Source of the DNA: Protoeuglena noctilucae
Taxonomy: Eukaryota
Assembly (NCBI GenBank): GCA_958009085.1
Contig: OY253679.1
Location: 186,001 to 250,000, forward strand
Direction: 5' to 3'
Length of the DNA stretch: 64,000 nucleotides
Shown: piece by piece, positions 51,077-63,000 of the stretch
How the letters are laid out: the number at the start of each line of letters is the position of its first letter
Numbering within the stretch: position 1 is the stretch's first letter
Position numbers and translations under genes: made by a program
The notes under the pieces: model-generated
Database searches by the model: none
Told to the model about the DNA's origin: nothing
What the model saw: only the letters and a program-made list of their open reading frames with translations

Positions 51077-54000
51077 TCACTGCAGCGTGGCGAGCAGCTC
51101 CGCGGCCCTGTGCTCGACCGCGGCCATCGCCTCCATCGCTCGCACCACGCCACTGTCCATCGCGTCATCCGCGCCCGCCTCCTCCTCCTCCCCAGCAGCC
51201 ACCTGGGGGTCGAAATGACATGCAATATGTTCATTAACGAACATACTTACAACTGGCAGGTGTTCAGAAGCGGCATTGGCTGTGCACCAGCGCGCGACAC
51301 ACGCAGTGGGGCTCTGCTACTATTGCTGGCTGTGCCCCTCCACCCCTCACCCACCCTCGCCCCCTTTCACCTGCACCCCATTCCCCATCCACCCCCTACC
51401 CCTCACCTGCACCCCATTCTCCTCCGCCCCCCAGCCGTCCCCCGCCAGCCCCAGCCGGCCCGACACGGGCGCTGGGGCCGCCTCCACCGCCGCCCGCGCC
51501 GCCCCCACCGCCGCCTCGAGGTTTCTGGCAGCGGCGTCCACGTCGCCTGTCTCAAGCAGCGTCTCCCCCAGCAGCAGCCGCGCCTGGGGGTCCTCCCGGG
51601 CCCGCAGCGCCCTCCGCAGGGCAGAGGCCGCTTCTTCATAGAGCCCCATCGCGATGTACTGCCTGGCCACCTCCACCAGCACCGAGGCGTCGGAGAGGCC
51701 ATACTTGAGGGCAAACCTGGGGGGTGGGGGTGGGGTTTGGGGGTTGGGGTTGGGGTTGATTGACACTCATACAGTCACAGTCCAGTGCTTATCTTAAACA
51801 CTCCATGCCGCTGATCATCTAAAACACGTGAATCGCATGCCACTGCCCACCCCTCGTGTCACCTGAGGCACTCCCGTTGCCACCACCCATTGCCACCCCA
51901 CCCCGCATGTCACCGCCATCACTCCCATTGCTACTTCCGATTTACAACACGCTCATCGCATCCCACTGCCCACCCCTCATGTCACCTGAGGCACCCCTCT
52001 GCCTCGTCCCTCCTCCCCTGCCGCAGATGCACCGCCACCATCCACCCCCACGCCACCGCGTTGCGATCGTCCATGATGTTCGCCTGGGCCAGCGCCATGT
52101 CTGCCTTGTCACAGGCCCCGGCCAGGTAATGACCTACACCCACGCGCTGCCAGACCGTGCTGCACGGGGCGACCTTGCAGGCCTGCAGGGATGTGAGTTG
52201 TTGTTTTATGCGAGGTGGAGTGTGTGAGGGGGACTGGGTGAGATGGTGGCGCTGGGTGCTACCACTGAGGCAAAAAGGTGGTGCCTTCTGCAGCACGTTA
52301 GCATTCTTTATCCAACCACAACACCCCATCTAACAACACCACCCTCTCTCGCCTTCTGCAGCACCGTGAGCGCCCCACATCTATCCAACACCCCCCAGCA
52401 TGCAACCCCTTACTTATCACCCACTCGCACCTTCTGCAGCACCGTGGAGGTTCTCTACTATGCACTTACTTACTCTCTGCTTACTATTTACCACCCACTC
52501 GCACCTTTTGCAGCACTGTCAGCGCCCCCTCCTTGGACCCCATGGCTTCCATGGCGTCGGCCAGTCGCAGGAACACCGTCAGAGAGCAAGCGGACGCATC
52601 ACGGTTGACGGCCACCAGGTACTGCTGGCACGCGCGGCGCATGTGGCCGGCGCTGTGGTACACGTGGCCCTTTAAGATGTTGGGGCGGACGTCAGACGGC
52701 TGCGGGGAGGGGGTGTGGAGAGGGAGGCGTGTGATGTCGAGGAGCGTGATGTGAGAGGGGTGTGATGTTGGGGGGTGGGAGAGGGGTGTGATGTGGGAGG
52801 GAGATGATGTTAGGGGTGCAAGAGGGGTGTGATGTTAGGAGGGGGTGTGGCGGTATGCAAGGTGTGCTGATTACTCTTGTACATACTATCAATCGAGTTA
52901 TCCGATCTCATAGTCTACCAGTCCCCAATCGACTGCCCCCACCCCCCAACCATCCAGTCCCCCACCACCTCACCATCGCCCCCCATCCACACACCCCCCC
53001 ACATACCCCACCCCCCCCCTCACCTCCGCCATCTGCCCCGCGCGCCTCGCCGCCGCCAGCGCCTCCTCCCGCGCCCCCCGCAGCAGATACGCCTCCGCCA
53101 GGCACAGGTTGGCCGCCACCACCGTCGACCTACCAACCGGCTCCCCCGTGCCAAGCACCGTGTTCTTCGACCCCCCCACCGGCCGCTCCGCCTCCCCCTC
53201 CACCCCGTGCCACTCCGCGCCCTTCCGTTTCGCCGCGCCGAGCAGCCCCAGCGCCACAGTGGCAAGCGCGAAGTCGAGCGCCTCTTGCGCCGAACGCACA
53301 AACGGGTCGCGCTCCGCCTGGGCTGCCTGGGCGTTCGAATTCGAACTCGCATCCGGGTTTTTGGAATCGGGGTTCGAATTTGCGACGTTCCCGGCGCTCT
53401 CCTTGGCCAGTCGCTTTGCCTCGTAGACGGCGTTGCGAGCCTCGCGATCGCGGGAGGGGCCCTGGGCCACGAGGATGGCAGCCAGCACCGCCCAGTCACT
53501 CGCGAGGGGTTGAGAAGTGGTGGTGGTGTTAATGGATGTCTTCTTGTTAGATGGTGCGTGGCTGGGGTTGAGGAGCTGGTGGGCGATGGCCTCCGCGTGA
53601 CTGCGGGGAGGGGCGGGGTGGGGGTAAGGGTGATGAGGGGCGGTGTGGGTGGCGGGGGGTGCATGGTGATATCGGAGTGTGGCATGTTAGCAAGCGGATG
53701 CCAGCACAGTGCACAGCTTGCAAGCAGAGGGTGCAAATTGTAACCAAACTGCCGTAAAACAATACCACATTCCCACCCCATGCACTGCCCCGTCTCACGT
53801 GAAGCGGAGGGGGTCCGTGGAGTGCCCCAGGTCCATCAGCACGAAGCACAGAGCACGGAGCGCGTCCTCACGGCCCGGGGAGATCTCCAGGACCTTTTTG
53901 AGGGCCTCGGAGGCGCGGCGGCTGAGGTTGTTGCGCGCGCTGCGATGAGGGGCAAGAGGAAAATATTTAGAGGAATCTTGATGGCCGATTAACGTCGCGA

Positions 54001-56804
54001 TATCTATCTACCATACATATTATCATATCATCGACTCAACCGTACTGATACCATACATCTGCATGTAACACCCCCTCTCACCAGAACCTGGCGTACTGCA
54101 TCCACGTCTCCGCGTCCTCGCACCCCGCCAGTCGATCCAGGTGCAGCTGCTCTGCGCGGTCCGTGGCCCCCACGGCCTCGCACTCATCGGCCAATCGCAG
54201 CATCCGGGCGCGGTCCTCGGAGGTGGGGGCGGGGTGGTCCGGGGCGGGCTGGGGGGGGTGGGGTGGGGGGTGGGTGGGGGTGAGGTGTGAGCATGGGTAT
54301 GGTGGTTACTGTGGTCTGAGATGGGTTGAAGGGGGTGGTACTCGTAGTGGCGGGGGGAGCGGGGTGTATTAGATAGTAGTATTGCAATCAACAGTATCAC
54401 CCATGTAGTGCCCATCACCCCTTAGAATCTCCCCTCACCTGCGGGTGGTACTCGTCCCGGAGCGCCCCCCTCATCTCGTCGCACAGCGTCATGTATAAAT
54501 CATTGTACACGTCCGCCATCTCCTTGGGGGCCAGCTCGCCCCCCCGGTGGTACTTCTCAGACACCACCGCCTGCGGGGAACGGAACAGTGCAGATAGTCA
54601 GACAATCGAGGGTGCTAGTATAGAAGAGAGGGCTGCGATGGGTGAGCGATCATTAGGCCTGCACATGTCACCACCCTCCACTCCCAATACCCCAACCACA
54701 ACACAAGACGTCCCACCCCACCCCACCAGTACCACATCCATATCATCCCAACCAACACTCCACACCCCCCTCTTCCATCACCTGCACGTGTGCCTTGAGC
54801 GCCGCCCGCACCGCCAGGAACTTCCCCGATCGGTTGAGGTCGTACTTCAGGGCCTTCTGCCGGGCCTGCCAGAGCGCCGCGGAGGTCACGCCGACCTCCG
54901 GGGACGCCTCCGCCACCGCCCAGTAGTCCGCCGCCACCTCCCGGGCCAGTCTCCGGCACTCGGATCGGAACCTCGCCAGCGCCGACACGCGCGGGGGCGG
55001 CGGGGGCGCCGGGCGGGGCGGCAGGACGTCCGAGACGGCCACGGCGGGCTGCAGCGGCCGCTCCCAGGGCGGCAGGAGCGGGCGGGAGAGCGCCAGGCGG
55101 AGCACGGCCACCGTGCCCGCTTCGACGAACGGGCAGCGGCCCTGGCTGTCGTCGTCGATCTTAGCGACGTCCTTGCCGTCCTGGGGACCCCGGCGGGGCC
55201 CGAGGGTCGACTCCTTGAAGAAGGGGCCCAGGCATGTGAGGGCGTCGGGCACCGTCATGGTCGCCGGGCAGTGCAGCACCACCTCGGCGCGCCCGGGCTC
55301 GAGGAGCGCCGAGACGTCGACGGCGGACACGGCGCGGTAGGCCATTTCCCCGATATCGTCGACTTTGACGGCGGGGGAGAAGGCGCGGGCCATCTCCACT
55401 GCGATGCGGGACCCGTCGTCGAGGTTTCGCTGGAGATAGGAGACGTCGGGGAGCAGGTAGCGCACGGGGCGGTCGGGGAAGCGCATGCTGCGGGACTCGG
55501 GGTCCAGGGAGGAGCCCTCGACCTGGGGGGAGGGGTGGGGGGGTGGTGGTGGGGGCGATCGGGAGAGGTGGGGGTTACAGGTAGTGGTGGGGGTGAGGTA
55601 GGTAGGGCAGGAGCAAAGATGGTATGCTAAGGAGCAGCGTAGCGCATTGATAGCCAGGGCAGCAGGTCTCAAAAGCACCAAGCACGTTGTCGGCACCTGG
55701 AGGGCGAGCCGCTGGGTGAGGCCCAGGGGCAGGACCGCGGAGATGCGCGCGATCACGTTCCCCTCCCCGACCTTGGCCTGCGCGGTGACGAAGCTCTCCG
55801 GAAGCGGACCCATTGACTCTCCGTACACGCTCAGCACCGTGCACGCCTCGCCCGCCTCAGGTGTCATCACCGACGACGGCTGCAGCGCGCCGCCCTCGCC
55901 ACCCGACTCCTCCCACTGCGAAGGATGTATATTTGCGAATTCCGGACGGCGTATGGCAAAGGATGAAGCGGGGAGTGCGAATTGCTGCAAAAAATGTCAT
56001 TGCAGGCCAAGGGATGCTCTGCGCGCGCGAATCCTGGCCACGCGGATCCCGCAGCTCACCACGGAGACGCTAAGTCCGAACAGAGACATCTCCTTGACCC
56101 ACGGGCCGTCGACCTTGGCCCCCGGGAGGGCCTGCTGCGCAAGGTCGATCTCCCTCTGCTTGCCGAGGACCACGTCGAGCAAGTCGATGTCCAGGGAGCA
56201 CGCCTTGAACTCCCGTTTCTCCATCCCGATGGCCACGATGAGCGGCGTGTTCACCAGGCGGTGCAGGTTGGCCGGCGTCACCTCCATGCGCACGCGGTGC
56301 TCAAAGTTGAGGTTGTAGTGCTCCTTCACGTCGCCGGAAGCCGGCGTGAAAGGCACGGAGGGACCCTGCAAATATCGCGCGATGTGCGGACTGCGGTTAC
56401 GGCCGCGCTGGGTCTCTGCACCCGTGCCCATGCGAGCATGCCCAGCTTTGTGCGCCCCCGCACCTTGACCTTGTCCACGCCGGGAAACGTGAGCTCCACG
56501 AACGTTTGAGGGATCTCCTTAGGCACGTCCGACGTCTGCGCGAGGCAAGGGCGACCGCAGACGGTGCATGGCGCGCGCGCATTTCAAGCATGCGCCACCC
56601 GCGCGGCGCAGGAAGCGATTGGGGAGCCATAGATGCGGCACACGCGGTCATAATTGATCCTATGCTCGCAAGGACGCATCCCCAGACGGAACTGGCCGCG
56701 CATGCGGATGCGCTGCGCCTCACCGTAACCCTCGAGCATTTGGCCAGCTTAACCTGGAACACCACGGTGCGGTGCCCGCCGCCATCTCCCGCGCTTTCCG
56801 TCAT
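51077..56804 (-). CDS. CFAP70: Cilia- and flagella-associated protein 70 (TTC18/FAP70), TPR-containing
   Basis: C2-like N-terminus (LNFEHRVRM...LVNTPLIV), LRLALSRPLLPP, LKYDLNRSGKFLAVRAALKAHVQAVVSEKY, LADECEAVG, and C-terminal TPRs (VWQRVGVGHY...ALAQANIMDDRNAVAWGWM). TGA at 51077-51079. Confidence 0.8.
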
Positions 56805-57199
56805 GGTCGTGTGGCAAGCCCACGCAGCGCAGCGGTGGCTCCGCCGACGGGCGGGAGTCCCCGGTCCGGGTTGCGCCTTTTGGGCCACAGGTCTCGCGCC
56901 CTTCCACTAGCCCGGTACCCTGGGATCGCACGGATGCGACGTTTCTCACGACGCGTCCGCCGACTGCTGCAAACGACGACGAGCGACGAATCCGGCGCGC
57001 CAGAGGCCCCGCATGTGAGCGACGTTTCGCTTGGCCAGCGAGGGCTTTCTTCGCAGGTGCTATCGAGTATTCAAATCGCAGAGGAAACCATGAGCGCTGC
57101 CGTCAATCCCACCGGCAGCGCAGATGGGTGGTGGTGGGCTGATTGGGCGAGCCCGCACATCACTGTCAATCCTAACCAGAGCCTCGGCACCGCTCCTCA

Positions 57200-58828
57200 T
57201 CACTGAGCACCCGAATAAATCTCTGCGGCCTGCGTCTGGTCCCCGTGCCCCGCGGCCATGCCCCCGTTCACGAGCACATTGTCGCCCCGGGTCCCCTCCT
57301 TCCCCGGCCCCATCCCCATCGCCCACGTGTCCCGTTTGCGCGCGCCCTGCCCCTCCAGCGCCCCGTGCGTCTTGGGTGCGGGGCGCAAGTCGGCACTGTC
57401 GCTGGTCATGTTCGCCAGCCTGCGCACACGATCCGGAAACTTGCGAGGTCGCACGGCCCCGGCCCTCGCCCAGCTCATACAGCCCCTCGCGGCACACAGC
57501 AACCAACACTCGCCCCCGCACAACACCCAAACCCTCTCTCACCGGTGCGGCCCCTGACCGTGCGCGTGCGAGTTGCCCGCCGACGCGCCTCCGTCGCTCG
57601 GACCTGCGGCCTCCCCCGTCGAGATGGCGCGGCCTCGGTCCACCACGACATCCTCCCCGCCCCGCGCGCTGCGGACCCCCCCGATCCCCGCGCCGGGGGT
57701 GTCGACGTTCTGGGACCCCCCGCCCGCCACCGCCAGCGAGCTCGCGTCGAGGTGCTGGCCGCCCGCGGCCGCCGAGTGCGCCGCGCCCTGACCCGTGCCG
57801 CTTGACCCGCCGCCCGTGCCGCTCGCCTCCGGCTTGGGCCCGGCCCCCGTGGGCGCCTTGGGAGGCATCGACTCGGTCGCAACCAGCTCCCCGTTGCCCG
57901 ACGTCGACGTGTCACGCTTGGCGGCCGCGGCCGCGCGCGCGTTTGCGTTCGACATGCGCAGGTCCTTCAGGCCCTGCGCCAGCATCTGCTGCAGCTGCTG
58001 CTGCTGGCGCTTGATGTGCCTTGAGATCTTTCGCAGCTCCCGGAGCCTGCGGGGGGCGAGGGGAGCGAGGTGCGTGGATCGCAGATACGTCCATGGTCGT
58101 GGACACATCCAAGCAACCCGGGCCCGGCCCGACATGCGCTGTTTGATAGCGACACCGCGGGCTACCAACGCACCTCTTGAGCAGGACGGTCTGGGCGTCG
58201 GCGTCGGTCGTGATAACACTCACGTCCTTCGGCTCTCGCATGGCCAGCAGCCGGGCCCCGTTGAGCTGCTGCGGGGCGGCGGAGGGGCGGAGCGGATCCG
58301 GAGCGTGAACTCCGACTCGCAAACCGGCCCATTCGCTGCCAGGCACACCGCGCGTTGCATCGGTCGCGTCGACACGCATTGTGCCTCACCTTCACGACAT
58401 CCAGGTTCGGCCGGACTTGCCAGCTCTCGAACCACGCCTCGACGTCAAGCTGCGTCCACTCGGAAGGGTCGCGGATCGACCACTTGCGGTGGCTGATGCG
58501 CTGTTGGAAGACCTGCACGAGGTTCACGCCCGCATCCGCCTGCTGCTGGAGCATCTGGTAGACGGGCGTGGCTTGGTTCTGCTGCTGCGGGAAGAGAAAA
58601 AAAGCAGTTCGGTGAGATCCGGGGCGCCGGCGGGGCGGGAGCGCGCGGCGCGCGGGCCACATTTTTGGAAAACCCGGCGCCGCGCCAAAAGCGGCCGGGG
58701 CGCGCGCTCTCGCGGCGCAAAGCGAGGCGCAGATCGGGGGATGAGTCGACAACGCGTCGACGTGCCGCACGCGCCTTAGGGTCGACGGGAGCCCCCTGCT
58801 CCATGGGCACCGATGCGCCACAGCCCAT
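57200..58828 (-). CDS. N-terminally acylated (MGCGAS) protein with a SAM/Pointed-like domain and a short coiled coil
   Basis: Exon 1 is MGCGASVPMEQGAPVDPK. The following exons give DPSEWTQLDVEAWF...QLNGARLLAM...LLKRLRELR (SAM-like), then poly-Q and a low-complexity tail. Confidence 0.6.
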
Positions 58829-60049
58829 GCTCTCCCCCTGCGTCGCCCGGGTGGCGTACGTGGGGCGGTTCGACGGGTGCAGGTGATCCTGTCCGGGAAT
58901 CGGAGGACTCAGCATTGAAAACGTGAATCCTCAGACCCTTCCCCGCGCAAGCCTGCGACCACTCTGCGGGCGGGGGGACTGGGGGGCGCCGTCGCCCGCA
59001 GAGGACCCTCACGCGCTCCGTTCACGCAACAGCGGGTCTGAAGTCGCCGGTGGTTGACGAGATGGGCGAAAGGAGCGGCGCGCAGGCCCGGTCGGAGCTG
59101 GACAGGGGGGGTAGAGGAGAAACGCCGCTGTGGGCCCGAAAAGGACGGGGTGGACGCTGGGTCGTCCCGTCTCCGAACACGACGGCGAAGACGGAACCAC
59201 GCGCGGCGCGGGAGGGGGCGAGGCGGGGGAGCGGGGCCCCGAAACCCATCCGGAGTTCGGGACGGGCACCGGGCGGGGCATACGCCACTGCAGCCGCTCC
59301 GTTCGCCACAAATACACAGCGACGGAAAAAGTTTCGGGGCCGGGACGGCCTGGCCATGCTCCGCCACGGGGCCGGCAGTAGAAACTCGCCTGACGACGCG
59401 TGGAACCCCACGCCTGCGTCCCTAGCGCTGAGAGCAGCAATCCATTCACGAGGAGCGCGCGGGGAGAGCCACGGTGAGGGGGAGGGGTCGGCCTGGTGAC
59501 GGTCGCGGGCCCAGATTCGCCGGGAAACCGATGAGCGCGAATGTCGTTTGTGACATGAACTGGCGACGGCCCTGTTTGAGCTGGCGCTCAACGACCCCCC
59601 CCCGAAACGCCAGTTGGGTTTGGCTGTTGACGACATTGCCCAAAACGGCGCTCGGCGCGTGATTTACGCGCACCCCCACATCGCCAGGCGCAGCGTCGGG
59701 ACGCGAGGGGAGGGGCCAGGTGGCCATTCGCTGCATCAGCAGCTGACGCCCTGAGCCCCGTTGAAAGCCCAGCGCGCAGCGGGGCCTAGCGGACCTGCAG
59801 GGCGCGCTTGCAAATCGATAGGATCACCAGGCGTCGTCTGGCTGCCAATCCGGTCGCGCAGGTGCGGCTGGGGAATGCTGTTGCATGTTGCGGTAGCGTC
59901 CTTCCTGTTCCCGATAAGTGCCGCGCGTGGCCGGGACCCGCTCGACTCGCAACTCATCAAACTTCCCCCTCCGTCTCTCGGGTGGACCGCAGGTCCTCCC
60001 TCGCGACGTCGTTGTGGAGTCTTTTCTCGGCCTGACCGCGCGCCACCGC

Positions 60050-63000
60050 ATGGCCTCCGAGGCCGCGCCATCGCCACGCCATCGAGGTTCGAAGGGCCGA
60101 GTGATACCGTTTTGCGACCGCGCTGGATCCCCGCGCAGCGCCCGGAGGGATGGACGCCACGTCGGGCGCGGGCCGACCGCTTTCGGCCAAACCGTCCACC
60201 AAGGAGCTCGCGCTGATGGAGGACAAGCATGCTGAGCACACGAGTTTCCTCTTCCGCCAAACCGCGCCGGGCGTGCCCCCCTCCGTCGCCTGCCTCGGGC
60301 AAGTGCAGCGATGCACCAGCTGCGCCTGTTGGCCGTTATGCTTGGCCGTGCTTAGACACCTGCCTACGCGAGCTCGCGCGTTGCTTCCGCAGATCGGCGG
60401 AGGACCACCGGAAGCTGGGTTTGCAGCCCATGCGAACCCTCAAGCTGGTGAGTTGTGACACGGCAGTGGGCATGCATTGATACGTGACGTGCCCCTGCAC
60501 TCCTAGCCACATCCTTATGACGCTGTGACAATCCGCATAGCTGCTCCCCGTTGGTGCTCCCAATCGGTACTGCCAATTTTTGCCTCCCAATCAATGCCCC
60601 ACATCGTTGTTCCCAGGGCGTGCAGTATGCCGGCGTGGCCAACCGGGTGGTGAGGGCGGCCTTCCGCGACGCGGGTTTTCGAGTGGTCAAGGGCAACAAC
60701 TGGAACGTGCTGTGGGGAGCCGCCATGGCACCCGACGAGTACAAGGCGAGGGCCGGGTGTTGGGGGACAGCGAGCGTGTTGTTGTTGCCTCTGTGAGTGT
60801 TGGCGACCTAGCACCTGCAACCAAATTACAAGAGCGCGTCGCCACCGCACCTACTTCACCCCCAACCCTCCCTCGCTCACCACCCCACCGCCCCTCTCTC
60901 GCCACCCCCCTGCAGTCCGTCGGCCTCTTGCCCTACCAGCGCCTCAACCACTTCCCGGGCACCTGGGAGCTGGGCCGCAAGGACAAGCTCTACCGGAACA
61001 TCGCCAAGTTTCGACGCCTCCGTGGCGCCGACTTCGATTTCGTGCCGCGCTTTTTCGTGCTCCCGGACGACTGGGACTCGTTCCGCAACCACGTGTCGCG
61101 CCACCCCAACGCCATGTACATCCGGTGAGGATGCTGCGGCGCGAGATGCGGCATTGAACACTGCGATGCAGCTCCCCGTTGCAGCGGGGGCTGTGGTGAT
61201 GGGAGCGACCCCAGTCTATCACCCTCTACTTTCAAAAGCAGCATCAGATCCTGGGAAAATGCAATAAAATATAAATTGTCAGTTATTTCTTAACTCGATC
61301 TCGCCCTTCGCGCCCCGCAGCAAGCCCCTGGCTTCGTCCCGTGGGCGCGGCGTTCGTATGGTCACGCGCCCGCTGTCCCTGCCGAAGGGAAAGGAGATGT
61401 TGGTGCAGGAGTACGTCGCGGATCCTTTGCTGATACACGGTCACAAGTTCGATCTCCGCATCTACGTCGCCGTCGTGTGCCTCGACCCCTTACGGTGACC
61501 GCCACTGCCACTGGCTATTAACATCGTGCTGTCATGTCCACACCCCAGGACCGTACCCTGATTTACCTCCATGCCACGCCGTGCATTCTTCACAGCGCAC
61601 GCACCCTTCACCCATCCCTACACCCACCCCTTCATACACCTACCCTCAACACACCCACCCACCTCCCGCCCCCCTCCCCCCCACCCCCGCAGCATCTACG
61701 TCTATCGGGAGGGCCTGTGCCGCCTGGCCAGCGAGCGCTATTCGAAAGACCCAAAGGACCTTCGCAAGAGGGGCGTGCATGTGACCAACTTTTCCATCAA
61801 CAGCAAGCTGGTGGGCGAGAGGGTCGGTGGGGCGGCAGCAGAGGGTGCGGCCTTCACGCTGCTCACGCGGGGCGGGCCCGCGGGCGAGGCGTCTATTAAT
61901 GCTCGGAGTAAGCTGGGAAGGGAGCGGAGTGGGAGCGAGGGGTCGACAGCAACACGGTCGTCATCAGCTACCGTGGCGGTGGGTCATGGTGGGGGTCGGA
62001 GTGGGGGCTTGGGTGGGGCCGGGGGTGCGTCCGGGCGGCGGGGGTGGTCGCGCGGGGCCGCGGGGCGTCTCGCGGGGTTAGACGAGGGTGATGAAAGCGA
62101 GAGTGGCGAGAGCGACGGTGATGACGACGAGGGTGTCAGTTTGGACAGCGAGGATGAGGGGGGCAGTATCGGGAGCGAGGGGGAGGGGAGTGACGGAGAG
62201 GGGGGGTGGGAGGAGGTGGGGGGTGCGCATGGGGAGGTGGGGGCAGGCGGGGTGGCGAGAGGTTGCGAGGAGCGCACTACGCCCGACCAGCCAGGCGTGA
62301 CGGACCTCAAATGGTCCCTGGGGGAGCTGAAGGGGTACCTGAGCAAGCAGGGGTACGACTGGGAGCCCGTGTGGGAGGGCATACTGGATGTGGTGGTGCG
62401 TACGGTGCAGGCTGCCGAGCCTCGCATGAACGCACTCAACCACGTGCACCTGCCGAGCCGGCTCAGTTGCTTCGAGTTGTTTGGGTTCGATATCATGCTC
62501 GATTCTCGGCTCAAGCCGTGGCTCATCGAGGTCAACACCGGGCCCAGCCTGGCCGCCACCGCGCCCCTGGACCGCGCCATCAAGTTCCCGCTCCTGAGGT
62601 GAGAGTCATATGCGATATGCATCCTGTTATCACAAATGCTGATACTCATATCAAGTTCCCGCTCCTGATGTGAGGGGAAGGGGTGATGGGCAATCTATTA
62701 TCTACTACATTGCAATGGGCCATATTTCCAAATAATATCGAGCTCCCACTCCTCAAAATGTGCTGTGTTCGTGATCAACAAAACGTGTTCCGTTCCCATG
62801 CAGGGACCTCCTCCACCTGGTGGGCGTGCCGGCGACCAACAAAGCACGATACGTGGCGGCACAGAAGGCCGAGCAAGAAGCACGTCTCACGGGCATCACC
62901 CGAGCGGTCAGCGCGCGTGGTGCGGTCGGCCGGGGGGGTGACGCACCGGGCTCTAGCGCCGCGGGGCAGGGGTCGCGCCGCGAGCGGCCAGTGCTGGTGC

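Noticed and set aside
61810..62290. Long Gly/acidic insertion in the TTLL catalytic domain
   Set aside because: It lies in the variable loop between HxTNxSxN and KWSL, where insertions are common; part of it may be intronic.
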